DNA of 64,000 nucleotides. Source: a virus. Below are positions 19,579-30,429 of this stretch, piece after piece. Position 1 is the first letter of the stretch. Every line of letters starts with the position of its first letter. The stretch is taken from the IMG/VR virus record IMGVR_UViG_3300009408_000003, positions 32,001 through 96,000 of that record. One strand, 5' to 3'. The notes beneath the pieces were generated by a model. That model was given only the letters and a program-made list of their open reading frames with translations. It was not told where the DNA came from and made no database searches. The translations under genes and the position numbers were made by a program.

Positions 19579-19761
19579 TTATTTATTAACCGTATCAGAA
19601 TATAGAGTGGTTGGTACTACTCCACGACGTGCAGCATCTATAAGACTTTTATCTGCAATTAAATTTTTACCTCCATCATTTGATAATGGGGTTTTATCAC
19701 TTTTAGTTTTGATTTCGTATTGATCTTTATTTTGATTAAATATGTCTATTATTGATGCCAT
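19579..19761 (-). CDS. Hypothetical protein
   Basis: 60-aa ORF in gene-sized gap. Confidence 0.5.
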   Translation of the reverse strand: MASIIDIFNQNKDQYEIKTKSDKTPLSNDGGKNLIADKSLIDAARRGVVPTTLYSDTVNK

Positions 19762-19882
19762 AGTATGTCTCCTTTATATTATATAAGTATTAAATATTTT
19801 TGTTTGCGATAAATTTGTAATTATTAAAATGATATCGTTTCATATTAGGTAAACCACCTTCTTTATTTCAAAAAACGAACCC

Positions 19883-21016
19883 TTACGTATCTAAACGTAT
19901 AATGAAATTCAAATTATAATCTGGGAGTTTTTTAATTGGTTGAGGTAATTTTGCAACCGCAACCATGTTTTGTTCTGCATCATATAATCCAATAGTAGTA
20001 ACAAATGTAGATATGTATGAACCAGTAGGGTCAGTTGTTCCATAATTATAATAATCATCCCAACTACCAGTTGAACTTCCAACTGAACCAAAAAACTCAG
20101 ATTTTTGTCTTATATCTGCGATTTCATTAATAATAGTTGTTCCAGCTGGTTTTGAATTTGCTATTGCTGTTGTATTAAATTCATACGAGTTAGATACTGT
20201 TATATCAATCGCTGTTGGATTTTGGGATGCGTTAAATTCGCCTTTTGTTGCTGAAACTAATACTTCGGTTTCATACAACGTTTGTGTTGAACGATATGAT
20301 AAATCATAATCAACAACTGAACCAGTATAATTTGTTACTACTATTAATCCGTCTGAATAAAAAACGTTACCTTTTTTAGTTGCTTGTATATCTGTTGCTG
20401 GAAATACTAATTGTTGACTTAACGTCATTATTCCAGTTTCAAAATTTATTTGAGTTATATAATAATTATCGGTATTACCATCAATTGTAAATATTGCTAT
20501 TCCACTATTAACATCAAAAAAAGATACAGTTACTACATAGGTAGTTACACCATCATTAAATGTAATTGTTTGAGCATTATTATCATAATTGGTAAATTCA
20601 TACGTAGGATTTGGTGTAATTAGTTGTCCATATGAATTATCAATAAACGATTCTAATGCTCCACTAATTTGTAATGTGACACTACCTTTTTTTATTTGCT
20701 CACCATACATTGGCTGCGCAATATCAATTATGTGTAATACCGTACTAAAAGGACGTTCTGTTTCATATTCTGCAGGATTTTTCATTACACCATATTGTGT
20801 GATGGTGTTTCCATTTGCTGAATAATATTTTGCTATTATAGAATTATATAATGGATGTACATATAATCCGTTACTTTGAGTAGAAGTCTCTAAATCAAAT
20901 AAACCATCTTCATTATACGCAGTAGTTACTGGTACAACGGTTTGATCCGTAATCCATTCTTTATATACTTTAAATTGTCTTTGCGATATATTTGATTTTG
21001 GTATCTGTTTAAACAT
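19883..21016 (-). CDS. Virion structural (baseplate-associated) protein
   Basis: C-terminal VTTIGLYD...VAVAKLPQPIKK motif shared with 21174-22385; structural cluster. Confidence 0.6.
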   Translation of the reverse strand: MFKQIPKSNISQRQFKVYKEWITDQTVVPVTTAYNEDGLFDLETSTQSNGLYVHPLYNSIIAKYYSANGNTITQYGVMKNPAEYETERPFSTVLHIIDIAQPMYGEQIKKGSVTLQISGALESFIDNSYGQLITPNPTYEFTNYDNNAQTITFNDGVTTYVVTVSFFDVNSGIAIFTIDGNTDNYYITQINFETGIMTLSQQLVFPATDIQATKKGNVFYSDGLIVVTNYTGSVVDYDLSYRSTQTLYETEVLVSATKGEFNASQNPTAIDITVSNSYEFNTTAIANSKPAGTTIINEIADIRQKSEFFGSVGSSTGSWDDYYNYGTTDPTGSYISTFVTTIGLYDAEQNMVAVAKLPQPIKKLPDYNLNFIIRLDT

Positions 21017-21173
21017 ACTTAATTTGTGCTACCACTCTCTAAAGAAAGTGTGGTTAGATTAATATCTATAAATATTAAGAAATTAAATTATCAAGTGGTG
21101 TGATACCTTTTTTAATATCATGTTCCAAGACTATTTTTAATTCGCTATTTAACTTAACTTTAATAACTATTTA

Positions 21174-22385
21174 TCAAAAATCAAGTTTTACTTTTATGAG
21201 TATCTCGGTCGCGAATGATTTTGGTATCGGTTGTGATGTTTTAGCAACAGCTAATAATTCGTTTGAATCATTAAATAATCCCACAGTTGTAACATATGCT
21301 TTTGGATCATTTTCAAAACTTGCAATTGCAAATGTACCATCTGAACCAGACACGAATGTTGGATTATTAGAAAAATTGTATTCTCTATTTGTTGCTCGTA
21401 CAAAATAATGAGCTGTAGATATATTTTCAGTACGTCTACCTTGAAAATCACCGCCTAAATTAATTGATTGAAATAATCTTCTATGATTGTATTGTTCTGC
21501 AGTAACTAATAAACTACCATCTAACGAACCGTATGGTACACTTCCTACTAATCCACCTATTGCTGATGGGTTTAGTATAATTATTCCTTGGTCTGGATAA
21601 AATAGTCCATATCCTTCGCCAGTAGTTGTTTCATATGTATTTTCTATCGTTGCAGCAGCTTCTGTTCCTAAATTAAGTGAACCACTTACAATATTAAATA
21701 CTCTGCCTGCTTTTCCAACAGTATCATTGAATTTTTTAGCACTATCATCAATAAGTGTAAAAGAACCGTTTGAACCACTTAACGTTAATGAAATGTTTCC
21801 CGGATCCATCGATTCTTTGTATCTTGCACGTGATACATTTATTGCATAAATATCATCTGAATCATGAGTACCAGCTGCACTTGAAGAACCGAATGTAAAT
21901 AAGTTATCAGATTGGTCTAATAATATTGAACGATATTGAGCATAAGTAGCTTTTGTAGATAATGTTGAATTATCATCATTTGCTAATGATACTGAACCTG
22001 ACCCGTTTTTGTTACCATATGCTATAGCAAATTGTACAGCCGCGGTAGAATCAACTGCAGGGTCTTTATCATATGCATTAATATAATAGCTTTCAGCTGG
22101 TTGAGTTGATGATGAAAATATTGAAGTTAAACTTCCTGTGTCGCCACTCCATATACCAGTTGTTACAACTTCTGTTTTACCAGTTATTTGGTCGAATTCT
22201 CCAAATCGTTTATAAATACCTGTATTTATTGTGCCACCTTGAGCTGTTAGTTTATCTCCACCTGTTAAATATCCATTTAAAATACTAACGATTTGTTCGG
22301 AAGTTAAATTTCCTTGATTTGCTGATAAATATTGAGCAAGTTCGGTTGATAAATTAGTTCCTGCTTGGCCAGTTATATTTGCCAT
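21174..22385 (-). CDS. Virion structural (baseplate-associated) protein
   Basis: VTTVGLFNDSNELLAVAKTSQPIPK, paralogous to 19883-21016. Confidence 0.6.
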   Translation of the reverse strand: MANITGQAGTNLSTELAQYLSANQGNLTSEQIVSILNGYLTGGDKLTAQGGTINTGIYKRFGEFDQITGKTEVVTTGIWSGDTGSLTSIFSSSTQPAESYYINAYDKDPAVDSTAAVQFAIAYGNKNGSGSVSLANDDNSTLSTKATYAQYRSILLDQSDNLFTFGSSSAAGTHDSDDIYAINVSRARYKESMDPGNISLTLSGSNGSFTLIDDSAKKFNDTVGKAGRVFNIVSGSLNLGTEAAATIENTYETTTGEGYGLFYPDQGIIILNPSAIGGLVGSVPYGSLDGSLLVTAEQYNHRRLFQSINLGGDFQGRRTENISTAHYFVRATNREYNFSNNPTFVSGSDGTFAIASFENDPKAYVTTVGLFNDSNELLAVAKTSQPIPKSFATEILIKVKLDF

Positions 22386-22462
22386 TTTATTTTTTTGTTT
22401 TTATATGATTTGTATGTAAATACATTCATTAGTTATATTTATTATTTATTTTTTATTGTGTA

Positions 22463-22774
22463 TTATGCAACTTTAGTTACTTTAATATTCATTAATTTTT
22501 GTACTTCTAACTTTTTACCTTTATTACTAACAAAAAATCCTAAACCGTCATTATGTTTAACAGCACCTTTAAATTTAGTTGGTATATTACTAGCGATATT
22601 GTATGCTATTTCATCTCCCACTTTTGGTTCGTAGTGTCTAGTCGATGTGAAATCATCAGTAATTCGAGCTTCTTCATTCAACGAAATTATAGAGTTCTCA
22701 AAATGTTTTGATACAACTTTGCCTATCGCAAATTTATTTTTAGATATGTATTCTTTATAATTAAATTTTTTCAT
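22463..22774 (-). CDS. Hypothetical protein, possible head-internal protein
   Basis: Basic N-terminus ending in ISLNE followed by a small beta domain. Confidence 0.5.
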   Translation of the reverse strand: MKKFNYKEYISKNKFAIGKVVSKHFENSIISLNEEARITDDFTSTRHYEPKVGDEIAYNIASNIPTKFKGAVKHNDGLGFFVSNKGKKLEVQKLMNIKVTKVA

Positions 22775-22780
22775 AATTTA

Positions 22781-23410
22781 TTATGTTGGTTGTATATATG
22801 AAACTGTTACTGGTATCGTAGAAGAACCGCCAGTTTCGTTACCATATACTGTAATTGTTGTTTTTATAGTTTGTGTAATATTTGGATTTGGTATAAATGT
22901 AAACGTCATTCCACGTTCAACTTGAGCAGTTGTACTTATTTCGTCACCCAAGAAGATTGGTGCTGTACCACTACCTACTGCAAGACCTGTACCACTAATC
23001 ACACCAGAATTTTTATTAGCTAATACAACTGTATATCCAGAAACGGTGTTTCCGCTTGGTGAAGTTGTTGGTGATAATGATACTTGACCAGATGTTTGAT
23101 TTACTAAAATTGATGGTATACCAAATTCTACTTTAGGTATTTTTTTAGTACCTTTTGGTAACGTTACTAATTTATATCGTAATGTTTGAGTTTCATCTGG
23201 TGATGCTTCTGTAATTGGAATTGCCTTAATTGCTGAATCATAATATGCACTACCTTTTGGATGAGCTGGTTCATATAAGGTATAATCTATTTCATCATCA
23301 CCTAATGCAAATTGTGTAATATTAAGACCAGAGCCTGCTGCTAATTTTTCTCTACCTTTTTTGGTAAGAATTGCATCTACGGTAATCTCTGTATTGTTCA
23401 AGTAAGCCAT
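22781..23410 (-). CDS. Baseplate/tail-collar-like structural protein
   Basis: AILTKKGREKLAAG...ITQFALGDD resembles the N-terminus of tail-collar fibre proteins. Confidence 0.55.
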   Translation of the reverse strand: MAYLNNTEITVDAILTKKGREKLAAGSGLNITQFALGDDEIDYTLYEPAHPKGSAYYDSAIKAIPITEASPDETQTLRYKLVTLPKGTKKIPKVEFGIPSILVNQTSGQVSLSPTTSPSGNTVSGYTVVLANKNSGVISGTGLAVGSGTAPIFLGDEISTTAQVERGMTFTFIPNPNITQTIKTTITVYGNETGGSSTIPVTVSYIQPT

Positions 23411-23483
23411 TTTTATTATATTTTTTTAATTATTTTGTTAGTTTATACATGTATAAATATAAGTTTTTTATTTTTCGGTTATT

Positions 23484-23828
23484 TTACTTACTTCCGTTAT
23501 AGTGTTTACCATTAAGTGCTTTACTTATAATTTTATTATGTAACCAATCCACAATATCTTTATAATATGGTTCGCCTCTGTGTTGTCCTACATGATGCAC
23601 CATAGCTGTTCCATCATTTACAGCTTTTTCATTATTTGTCATTACAAAATGTGTACTATCACCATGCTTTTTTAAATACCATGGATAACCATTAATGAAT
23701 ATTTTTATCGTATCATTATTATCAGTTGGTTTATTCATTGAATTTTTTGATACTGCTTCTGTTAACAGATTATCCATTCGGATTTCGTATTTATATTTTT
23801 TTTTCATACTGTATTTATTTTCATGCAT
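23484..23828 (-). CDS. Hypothetical protein, possible head-internal protein
   Basis: N-terminal MDNLLTE motif; the real start may be later than annotated. Confidence 0.5.
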   Translation of the reverse strand: MHENKYSMKKKYKYEIRMDNLLTEAVSKNSMNKPTDNNDTIKIFINGYPWYLKKHGDSTHFVMTNNEKAVNDGTAMVHHVGQHRGEPYYKDIVDWLHNKIISKALNGKHYNGSK

Positions 23829-23860
23829 TTTATATAATATAATCGATTTCTAAAAACGGT

Positions 23861-26800
23861 TTACGATACGTCAAGGATAGGTTCGCCTGAGCCTCTGCCT
23901 GTATTAGATACTTTAAGTATATTAGGGTTAGTAATAAATGTTTCTACTGCAGGGCCACCATCTAATGTTGTTGCCGATGTTTGTTTTGAACCATTAAAAA
24001 ATGCATTTGCTAATCCACTAGTTAAATCGTTTGTATATCTGTAATGACTTGGTAAATAGCCATCTAATGCTACTACTTCTGTAATATTACCGGTTATAAT
24101 TGGTGCGGGTTGGTCAAAATTTAAAAAAGTAACTTTATAATCATAAAAAGTGGTAGGAACTAAGTGTGTTCCAACCGTAGGATCATTAGGATCAATATTT
24201 TCTGGTATTAATTTTATATTACTCTCTTGTATTCTGTATACCTTTTTCCTATCTTGTACTCGATTACCATCTTTATCAATATATGTTCTAATAGTGTTAC
24301 CATTAGTTGCCCATATACCAAATCCAGCAACTGTAACAGAATTTGGATTAATTCCTATTGTTTCTAAACTAATACCAAAAAATGCGCCAGTAAGTGTACC
24401 CTCTATTTTAGCATCTATTGATACCTCGTGATTACTATAATTATCTGATATTAAAACTAAATCATCTGATACTGGGATTATTCCATTATAAAATGGAGTT
24501 GTACCCGCAAGCGATAAATCCGTTTCCGTATTAAGTGTACCATTATATTGGTCATTATTTGCTATTAGTTCAATATCTTCTTGCGTATTTAATATTCCAG
24601 TTTTACCAACCGTTGAAGCTTCTAATTCGCTATAATTATCTACATCTATTGAACTTTCTTTATATAGTTCTTTTGCTATTGGTTTTGTATGTTTATATTT
24701 GTTACGTTCTAATAAATGAGGTTCAATCAATAATCCACTAGCAACTTTAGCTCTAGCAGGTATTAATGATTCTAGTGTTGTAAATAAAGTTTGGTCTATA
24801 TATCGTACTAATTGAATATATTCATAAATATTTAAATTAAAACGAGTAAAATAATATTTTCTTAATGAATCTAGTTCAGAATAATTATTTTTATAAATAT
24901 CAGCTGGATTACCAATATAATTATCAATATTAAATTGTCCTAATGAACGTAATATATTCATATTGATTTCGCGAGTTGGCGAAAAGAATAACCCTAGTTT
25001 GTTAGAATCATCAGCGTTATCAAAACTTGTTACATTCGAAGTTGAACCGAAATTTAAATAATTTTCTAATGTTTGCGATTCAAATCTTACTTTATTACTA
25101 TATCCTATACCAGTTGCAGGAACATTAGCAGTTACAGTTCTTTCATATGATACGTATTGGTATGGATATGAAGTTATTGATGGAAATCCAACTGCAGTAG
25201 CAACCGGTTCACCATAAAAGGTATTAATAGCCACATTTTTAATATTTGGGTCAGCATTTCTATCTTTTGGATATTCAAAATCTAATCTAAATATTAAATC
25301 TTCTGTTGATGAAGAAACGTGGTTTCCATCTATCGCATCTGGCAATAATGTATGGTTTGTAATTCTTGATTCATCTAATGCTATTGACCATAGTCTAAAT
25401 TCATCAATTGAACCAGATAATGTTGTACCAATTGAAATATTAGTGTCCCATCCCCAACTTTGACTTCCGGTTGGAACAATAAGTGAGCCAGTTCCCTCAT
25501 TTCTAATACGTTCATTAAATCCTTCTTTTCCATAAATATCAAATACATAATCGCTACCACTCAATGTACGGTTAACTACAATTTGTGTGTATTCATCATT
25601 AAATACTGGAAAATATGTAGTTGATCCACTTACGATGTTACCACCACTTCCTGATAAACTTAATTCTACGGATGCTAATGAGCCTGTTCCTGCTAATAAT
25701 TTTAATGACCAAGCATCACTTGAAACTAAAGTTTGATCATATCGATATTCGGTATTAATTCGCATTTCTACTGAATTTGGATACTTGTAATCATCTGGAG
25801 TTATAATAGAACTTGACTCATATTTTTTCCACGGAACAATAACTGATGCTGTTTGATCAAAATTAAGAGCTGATGTTCTATCATCAAATGTAAATTTAGT
25901 TACACCAGATTGTGTAGGATCTACTGGCCCACCAAATTCTAATATAGATAGCATTGAAGTTGGAATTCCATAACAGGCCATTGCAGCATGCAAAGCTCGT
26001 TTTGTACCTTTATGTTTGTATAAATATGGTAAATTGTTTAATAAACGTCTCCAAATTTCTTGCTGACGTTCCTTTCCAGTCATAGCCGAAGCGTTTGTAC
26101 CATCTTTATTTTTACCGAATGCATATTCCCAAAGATACTGAGAACGAACCCCCATATCTGCATCCCAACCAAGCGATTCTAACATATGATAAATTAAATC
26201 ATTGGTAATTCCTTCGGTATTTGAATGGGTGAGTGTTTTAGATGTAGCAACACCTTTTATATAACTTGAAAGTACGTCAAAGTGTTGTCCTATCATGTGA
26301 AAAAACAGAACAAAATCTTGACCGTTTGGATCATTTAAAATATGTTGTGGTATATTATTTACTAATAAGTTTTTATTATTAGTATCATACAAATCTGCAG
26401 AAGATATTATATTATTGTACCATGTTTGAGTATCTAAATCGGTAGAACCACTTAAAGTGTTTTGTTCAGCACCAGGATATGATAGTGAACCACTTTTAGT
26501 ATATAATAATTTTTCGAAAGCGTCAAAACCTTTTTTAACATTACTAATTTGTTCTTCAACTCTTGCTATTTGGTTAAGTATCGAAATAGAACCACTTGCA
26601 AGTGAAGTATCTGTTAATGAATTTAATGCAGTTTCATGAAATTCTATTAATTTTACTTTATAAAAGAAATTCTCAGCTCGTTCTGTAGCTGATGAATACT
26701 TTACAAAATTATCCCAGCGATATTCACTACCACTTATATAATTAATATTTAATTTAGCTAAACTAAATTCGTTGTTACCAACATATTCATTTAATAATTC

Positions 26801-28783
26801 AGTTGATGTTACTGAACCACTAGCTACTAAATCATCAAGTATTTGATATCCAATATCATCACCCATTTCTAAATTAAAATTTGGTGTTAACGAAATACAA
26901 TCAGTTATTTCTTCATTAATTAATGATAATTGATCAATAATAGAAAGAGATTGAATCTTAGATATCCATAACTGCTGATTTGGTTGTATTTTATTTGATA
27001 ATGGTTCATATAATTTTAAAACTAATGATTTTACTTCATTTGTTTTTCGTATTTTGCTAGTTTCTTTGTTTTCTGTATATGTGGAGAATGTTTCAGTATC
27101 AATTGCCCATGCTGCAATCAATTTGTTATTTCCATCTCCTAAATGAGCATAATGAGTTAAATATTGTGAAGTTTCATTTTTAAATATATTTGTATTAAGT
27201 TCAGATTCAAATGCAGATTTAATATCTTGAATTACTTGAGCACGTTTTAAACGTAAATTACCTTTATCAAATAAAATAGTAATTTTTTCTTCTTTTCCAC
27301 TTGTTAATTTATCACCTTCTGCATTAAATGGAATTAAAATTAAATCAAATGATATTTTATCTGTATTTTTATTTACAGTTTTTTTAGATATTTTTAATAT
27401 ATTTTCTATCGATAACGTAATTGCGCCAGTTTCGCTTCCTTTTGTTATAAAAAACTCTTTATCATGTTTTGTTACATAAATTTCTATGTAATTTGTATTA
27501 ATTGATTGCCAACTAATTTTAAAATGCTCTTTAAACCCTTTAAAATCTGCACCTTTAATATTGTATGGATAATTTATTTTAGTAATATCAGGCCCGTCTA
27601 AATATGTTTTATTTACTACATTAATATGTACTCGTTTAAGTGGGCCACTACCAAATGCAGTAGATACTGGTTGTAAATATAATGTATATTGGCCTATACC
27701 GTTTCTGAAATCAGCTGATTTTAATCGTATTATTCCATTTGGGTCTAATGTACGTGTGGTTGTTCCAAGTGTATATAATACTAATTGTGAATTATGCGAG
27801 TTGTAGACAACATTTAATGGATTTGCTGAAGATATGTTGTATTCTAAATTATCATTTTCTACCTCAACGTCTGGTGTATTTATACTATCGGTTGCAGCTA
27901 TTTTATTAGCTATTACAATAATTCGAGTTAAGCCAGGTAATAATTCTTTTCTAAAATCATTTGATAATTGAGTTGGATTAGCATCGTTTGGATTATAAAT
28001 TTTATAATTAACCGAATGTGTAAAGTTTGAAATACCAGATTTTTCAAATTGAATCCATGCTATATCTGCATTATTATAATTATTAACGGTTATTGTAGTT
28101 GGAATATCATCTTCTACAAATGCAGTACTTCCATCAGAAGTTATATATTTAATAATGTTATTTTCACTTACATCACCAACTATTTCAACTTTGTATTCTG
28201 TTTTGGTACTAGTTGCATTATCAGGCGGTCTAATTACATTATTAGTTATATCGAATTTTAAATTAAGGTTAGTAACTGATGAGTTTGATAAATCAACTTC
28301 TAATGGTTTCCATTCATTATTAACTAATTTTGCTAATTCAATTATATAAATTTTAAATCCTGCAGAATTAATTTTGGTTTTTGAAGTAACTTTATATTGT
28401 ACATTATCAGTATTATCGCTTTGGCCTGCTTTAAATATTTTTGTTTCTAATAATTCTTTAGCATTAAAGGTTAGTGTCCATGGACAATGAAATTGTGTTA
28501 CTTTATCATCTATTATAATTCCAGTATTAGTTGGTATTGATGTTAGATGTATATAAACTGTGTTTTCAATTATAACATTCGTACTAGTATCAACTGGTAT
28601 TGGTTTGAATTTACAAGAACCATCATCAATTGTAGCTAATGAATTATAATTTATTGCTTTTGAATTAGTGCATCCTCGTACTAAATTAATCGTATTGTCG
28701 CCACTATCGGTATTACTACCGCCACCGCCACCGCCACCATTATTTAAATAAAAATCTGCATTTATGAATTTATCAACTGACAT
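23861..28783 (-). CDS. Large baseplate wedge protein (gp7/P2_I-like domain)
   Basis: 1640 aa; RLLNNLPYLYKHKGTKRAL and YIDQTLFTTLESLIPARA segments; LamG-like region; N-terminal GCT...DDGSC repeat. Confidence 0.7.
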   Translation of the reverse strand: MSVDKFINADFYLNNGGGGGGGSNTDSGDNTINLVRGCTNSKAINYNSLATIDDGSCKFKPIPVDTSTNVIIENTVYIHLTSIPTNTGIIIDDKVTQFHCPWTLTFNAKELLETKIFKAGQSDNTDNVQYKVTSKTKINSAGFKIYIIELAKLVNNEWKPLEVDLSNSSVTNLNLKFDITNNVIRPPDNATSTKTEYKVEIVGDVSENNIIKYITSDGSTAFVEDDIPTTITVNNYNNADIAWIQFEKSGISNFTHSVNYKIYNPNDANPTQLSNDFRKELLPGLTRIIVIANKIAATDSINTPDVEVENDNLEYNISSANPLNVVYNSHNSQLVLYTLGTTTRTLDPNGIIRLKSADFRNGIGQYTLYLQPVSTAFGSGPLKRVHINVVNKTYLDGPDITKINYPYNIKGADFKGFKEHFKISWQSINTNYIEIYVTKHDKEFFITKGSETGAITLSIENILKISKKTVNKNTDKISFDLILIPFNAEGDKLTSGKEEKITILFDKGNLRLKRAQVIQDIKSAFESELNTNIFKNETSQYLTHYAHLGDGNNKLIAAWAIDTETFSTYTENKETSKIRKTNEVKSLVLKLYEPLSNKIQPNQQLWISKIQSLSIIDQLSLINEEITDCISLTPNFNLEMGDDIGYQILDDLVASGSVTSTELLNEYVGNNEFSLAKLNINYISGSEYRWDNFVKYSSATERAENFFYKVKLIEFHETALNSLTDTSLASGSISILNQIARVEEQISNVKKGFDAFEKLLYTKSGSLSYPGAEQNTLSGSTDLDTQTWYNNIISSADLYDTNNKNLLVNNIPQHILNDPNGQDFVLFFHMIGQHFDVLSSYIKGVATSKTLTHSNTEGITNDLIYHMLESLGWDADMGVRSQYLWEYAFGKNKDGTNASAMTGKERQQEIWRRLLNNLPYLYKHKGTKRALHAAMACYGIPTSMLSILEFGGPVDPTQSGVTKFTFDDRTSALNFDQTASVIVPWKKYESSSIITPDDYKYPNSVEMRINTEYRYDQTLVSSDAWSLKLLAGTGSLASVELSLSGSGGNIVSGSTTYFPVFNDEYTQIVVNRTLSGSDYVFDIYGKEGFNERIRNEGTGSLIVPTGSQSWGWDTNISIGTTLSGSIDEFRLWSIALDESRITNHTLLPDAIDGNHVSSSTEDLIFRLDFEYPKDRNADPNIKNVAINTFYGEPVATAVGFPSITSYPYQYVSYERTVTANVPATGIGYSNKVRFESQTLENYLNFGSTSNVTSFDNADDSNKLGLFFSPTREINMNILRSLGQFNIDNYIGNPADIYKNNYSELDSLRKYYFTRFNLNIYEYIQLVRYIDQTLFTTLESLIPARAKVASGLLIEPHLLERNKYKHTKPIAKELYKESSIDVDNYSELEASTVGKTGILNTQEDIELIANNDQYNGTLNTETDLSLAGTTPFYNGIIPVSDDLVLISDNYSNHEVSIDAKIEGTLTGAFFGISLETIGINPNSVTVAGFGIWATNGNTIRTYIDKDGNRVQDRKKVYRIQESNIKLIPENIDPNDPTVGTHLVPTTFYDYKVTFLNFDQPAPIITGNITEVVALDGYLPSHYRYTNDLTSGLANAFFNGSKQTSATTLDGGPAVETFITNPNILKVSNTGRGSGEPILDVS

Positions 28784-28824
28784 AAATTATTCTAACTGTT
28801 TTTCTTACTATAAATATTAGTATT

Positions 28825-30423
28825 TTAAATATTAAGATTATTACCAGAAATAGTTACAATAGGACTACTTCCACCATGTAATAATTCACCTTCCGAATAT
28901 GTAGTGACAGTTGGGTCAATAAGAGGAACTGGATTATAAATACATTTACCAGCTTTACCGTAATTTAATGCGTTACGGTCACTGCATATAGGAAGATCCA
29001 CTTGAATTTTTGCGTATTCTCTAACATCGCCAGTAATTTTAAAATATTTTGATGGATTATATGATATTGTTGTTGACTGATATTCGTTACCATGCCAATT
29101 ATGTAATCCAGTTTTATTCGTATATTGAATTACACCAGTGGTCGACCATACATAAAATGTTTTAAATGTGCTAGTTTTATTTTGAGAATTATCTGAAATT
29201 ACGCAGCTTCCGTCATCAATTGTGGCTAATGGGTTATAATTAGTAGCTGCAGGATTTGTGCAACCACGTACATCTGTATTTGTAATTACTTCTATATCTG
29301 AACCGTTATCCTCATTTAGATAAGTACAACTTCCGTCATCCTTAATAGCTAATGCATTGTAGTTTAATGCGTGAGGATCAGTACAACCACTAATAACAGC
29401 AGCAACACTTTCGGGTATTGTTGTTTCATAATTAGAATCTTCAGTAGTAGTTTTTAAAATTTTACTTATAGGATCAAATGTTATTTGATCCTCTTTAGAT
29501 AATACGCTATCCTTAATGATTGTTCGTTGATATAAATAAAAATCAATAATAGTTTGTAATGTAGTTACCGCAGTTGTTTTAATAGTATCTATTGATAACT
29601 CGACTGATGGTTCAGTTGATATTGAATTACCATATATTAAAGAATTAATATCATATACTTTATTTTCCACAAAATAGTTCATTGCTTCGACATATTTTGT
29701 TTTTATTTGTTCTAAAAATGCATCAAAATTGGGTATTTTAAATTCATCTTTTAATAACTTAATATATTCTTTACCTTCAACTGTAATCCCTTTTATTTTT
29801 AAGAAGTTTTCAACAACTCGATGAATATCAACATTATCAATAAATTGTTTGACAAACGATATTGTATCATCTCTAAATTCTCCATTATCTGTATATACTT
29901 TGTATCGTTCTGCTAAATCTGTTAATACTTCATCATCACCATTTTTAACTGGTAATACTCTAATTTCTGTACGTGATGGTGATATTTCATGTATCCATAA
30001 TTTATCAAATTTACGGTTTTCTGAGCCAACTCGTCTATTTAATAGAGTTATTTGTGTTTTGAAAATACCATTAGTATAACCGGCTTCATTTATCAATTTT
30101 TCAGTATCTACCATATACTGACGAGCTTCGTTTGTTTTAGTAGTATCTGGATTATTATTAATTAAAAAATACTTAGAAATATTAGCATCATCTAAATAAA
30201 TATAGCGAACTAGCATATTAGTATCGCCTTGTGGTAGTTGATTATTATTAGAATCATATAGAATAAATTCAATAACATCAGTTTTTCCATGACGAAACCA
30301 TTGTGTACCATCTAGCCCAAATAAAGATTTACTAAAATCTCTTTCGAAAATTTTTCTATCTTTAGAAGTTATAGCGAATCCTTTATTTCCTATTATATCT
30401 TTAAATTGATTTATATTGCTCAT
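28825..30423 (-). CDS. Structural protein with GCT...YN...DDGSC repeats
   Basis: Two full Cys-bracketed repeats plus one partial; baseplate cluster. Confidence 0.55.
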   Translation of the reverse strand: MSNINQFKDIIGNKGFAITSKDRKIFERDFSKSLFGLDGTQWFRHGKTDVIEFILYDSNNNQLPQGDTNMLVRYIYLDDANISKYFLINNNPDTTKTNEARQYMVDTEKLINEAGYTNGIFKTQITLLNRRVGSENRKFDKLWIHEISPSRTEIRVLPVKNGDDEVLTDLAERYKVYTDNGEFRDDTISFVKQFIDNVDIHRVVENFLKIKGITVEGKEYIKLLKDEFKIPNFDAFLEQIKTKYVEAMNYFVENKVYDINSLIYGNSISTEPSVELSIDTIKTTAVTTLQTIIDFYLYQRTIIKDSVLSKEDQITFDPISKILKTTTEDSNYETTIPESVAAVISGCTDPHALNYNALAIKDDGSCTYLNEDNGSDIEVITNTDVRGCTNPAATNYNPLATIDDGSCVISDNSQNKTSTFKTFYVWSTTGVIQYTNKTGLHNWHGNEYQSTTISYNPSKYFKITGDVREYAKIQVDLPICSDRNALNYGKAGKCIYNPVPLIDPTVTTYSEGELLHGGSSPIVTISGNNLNI

Positions 30424-30429
30424 AATTTA

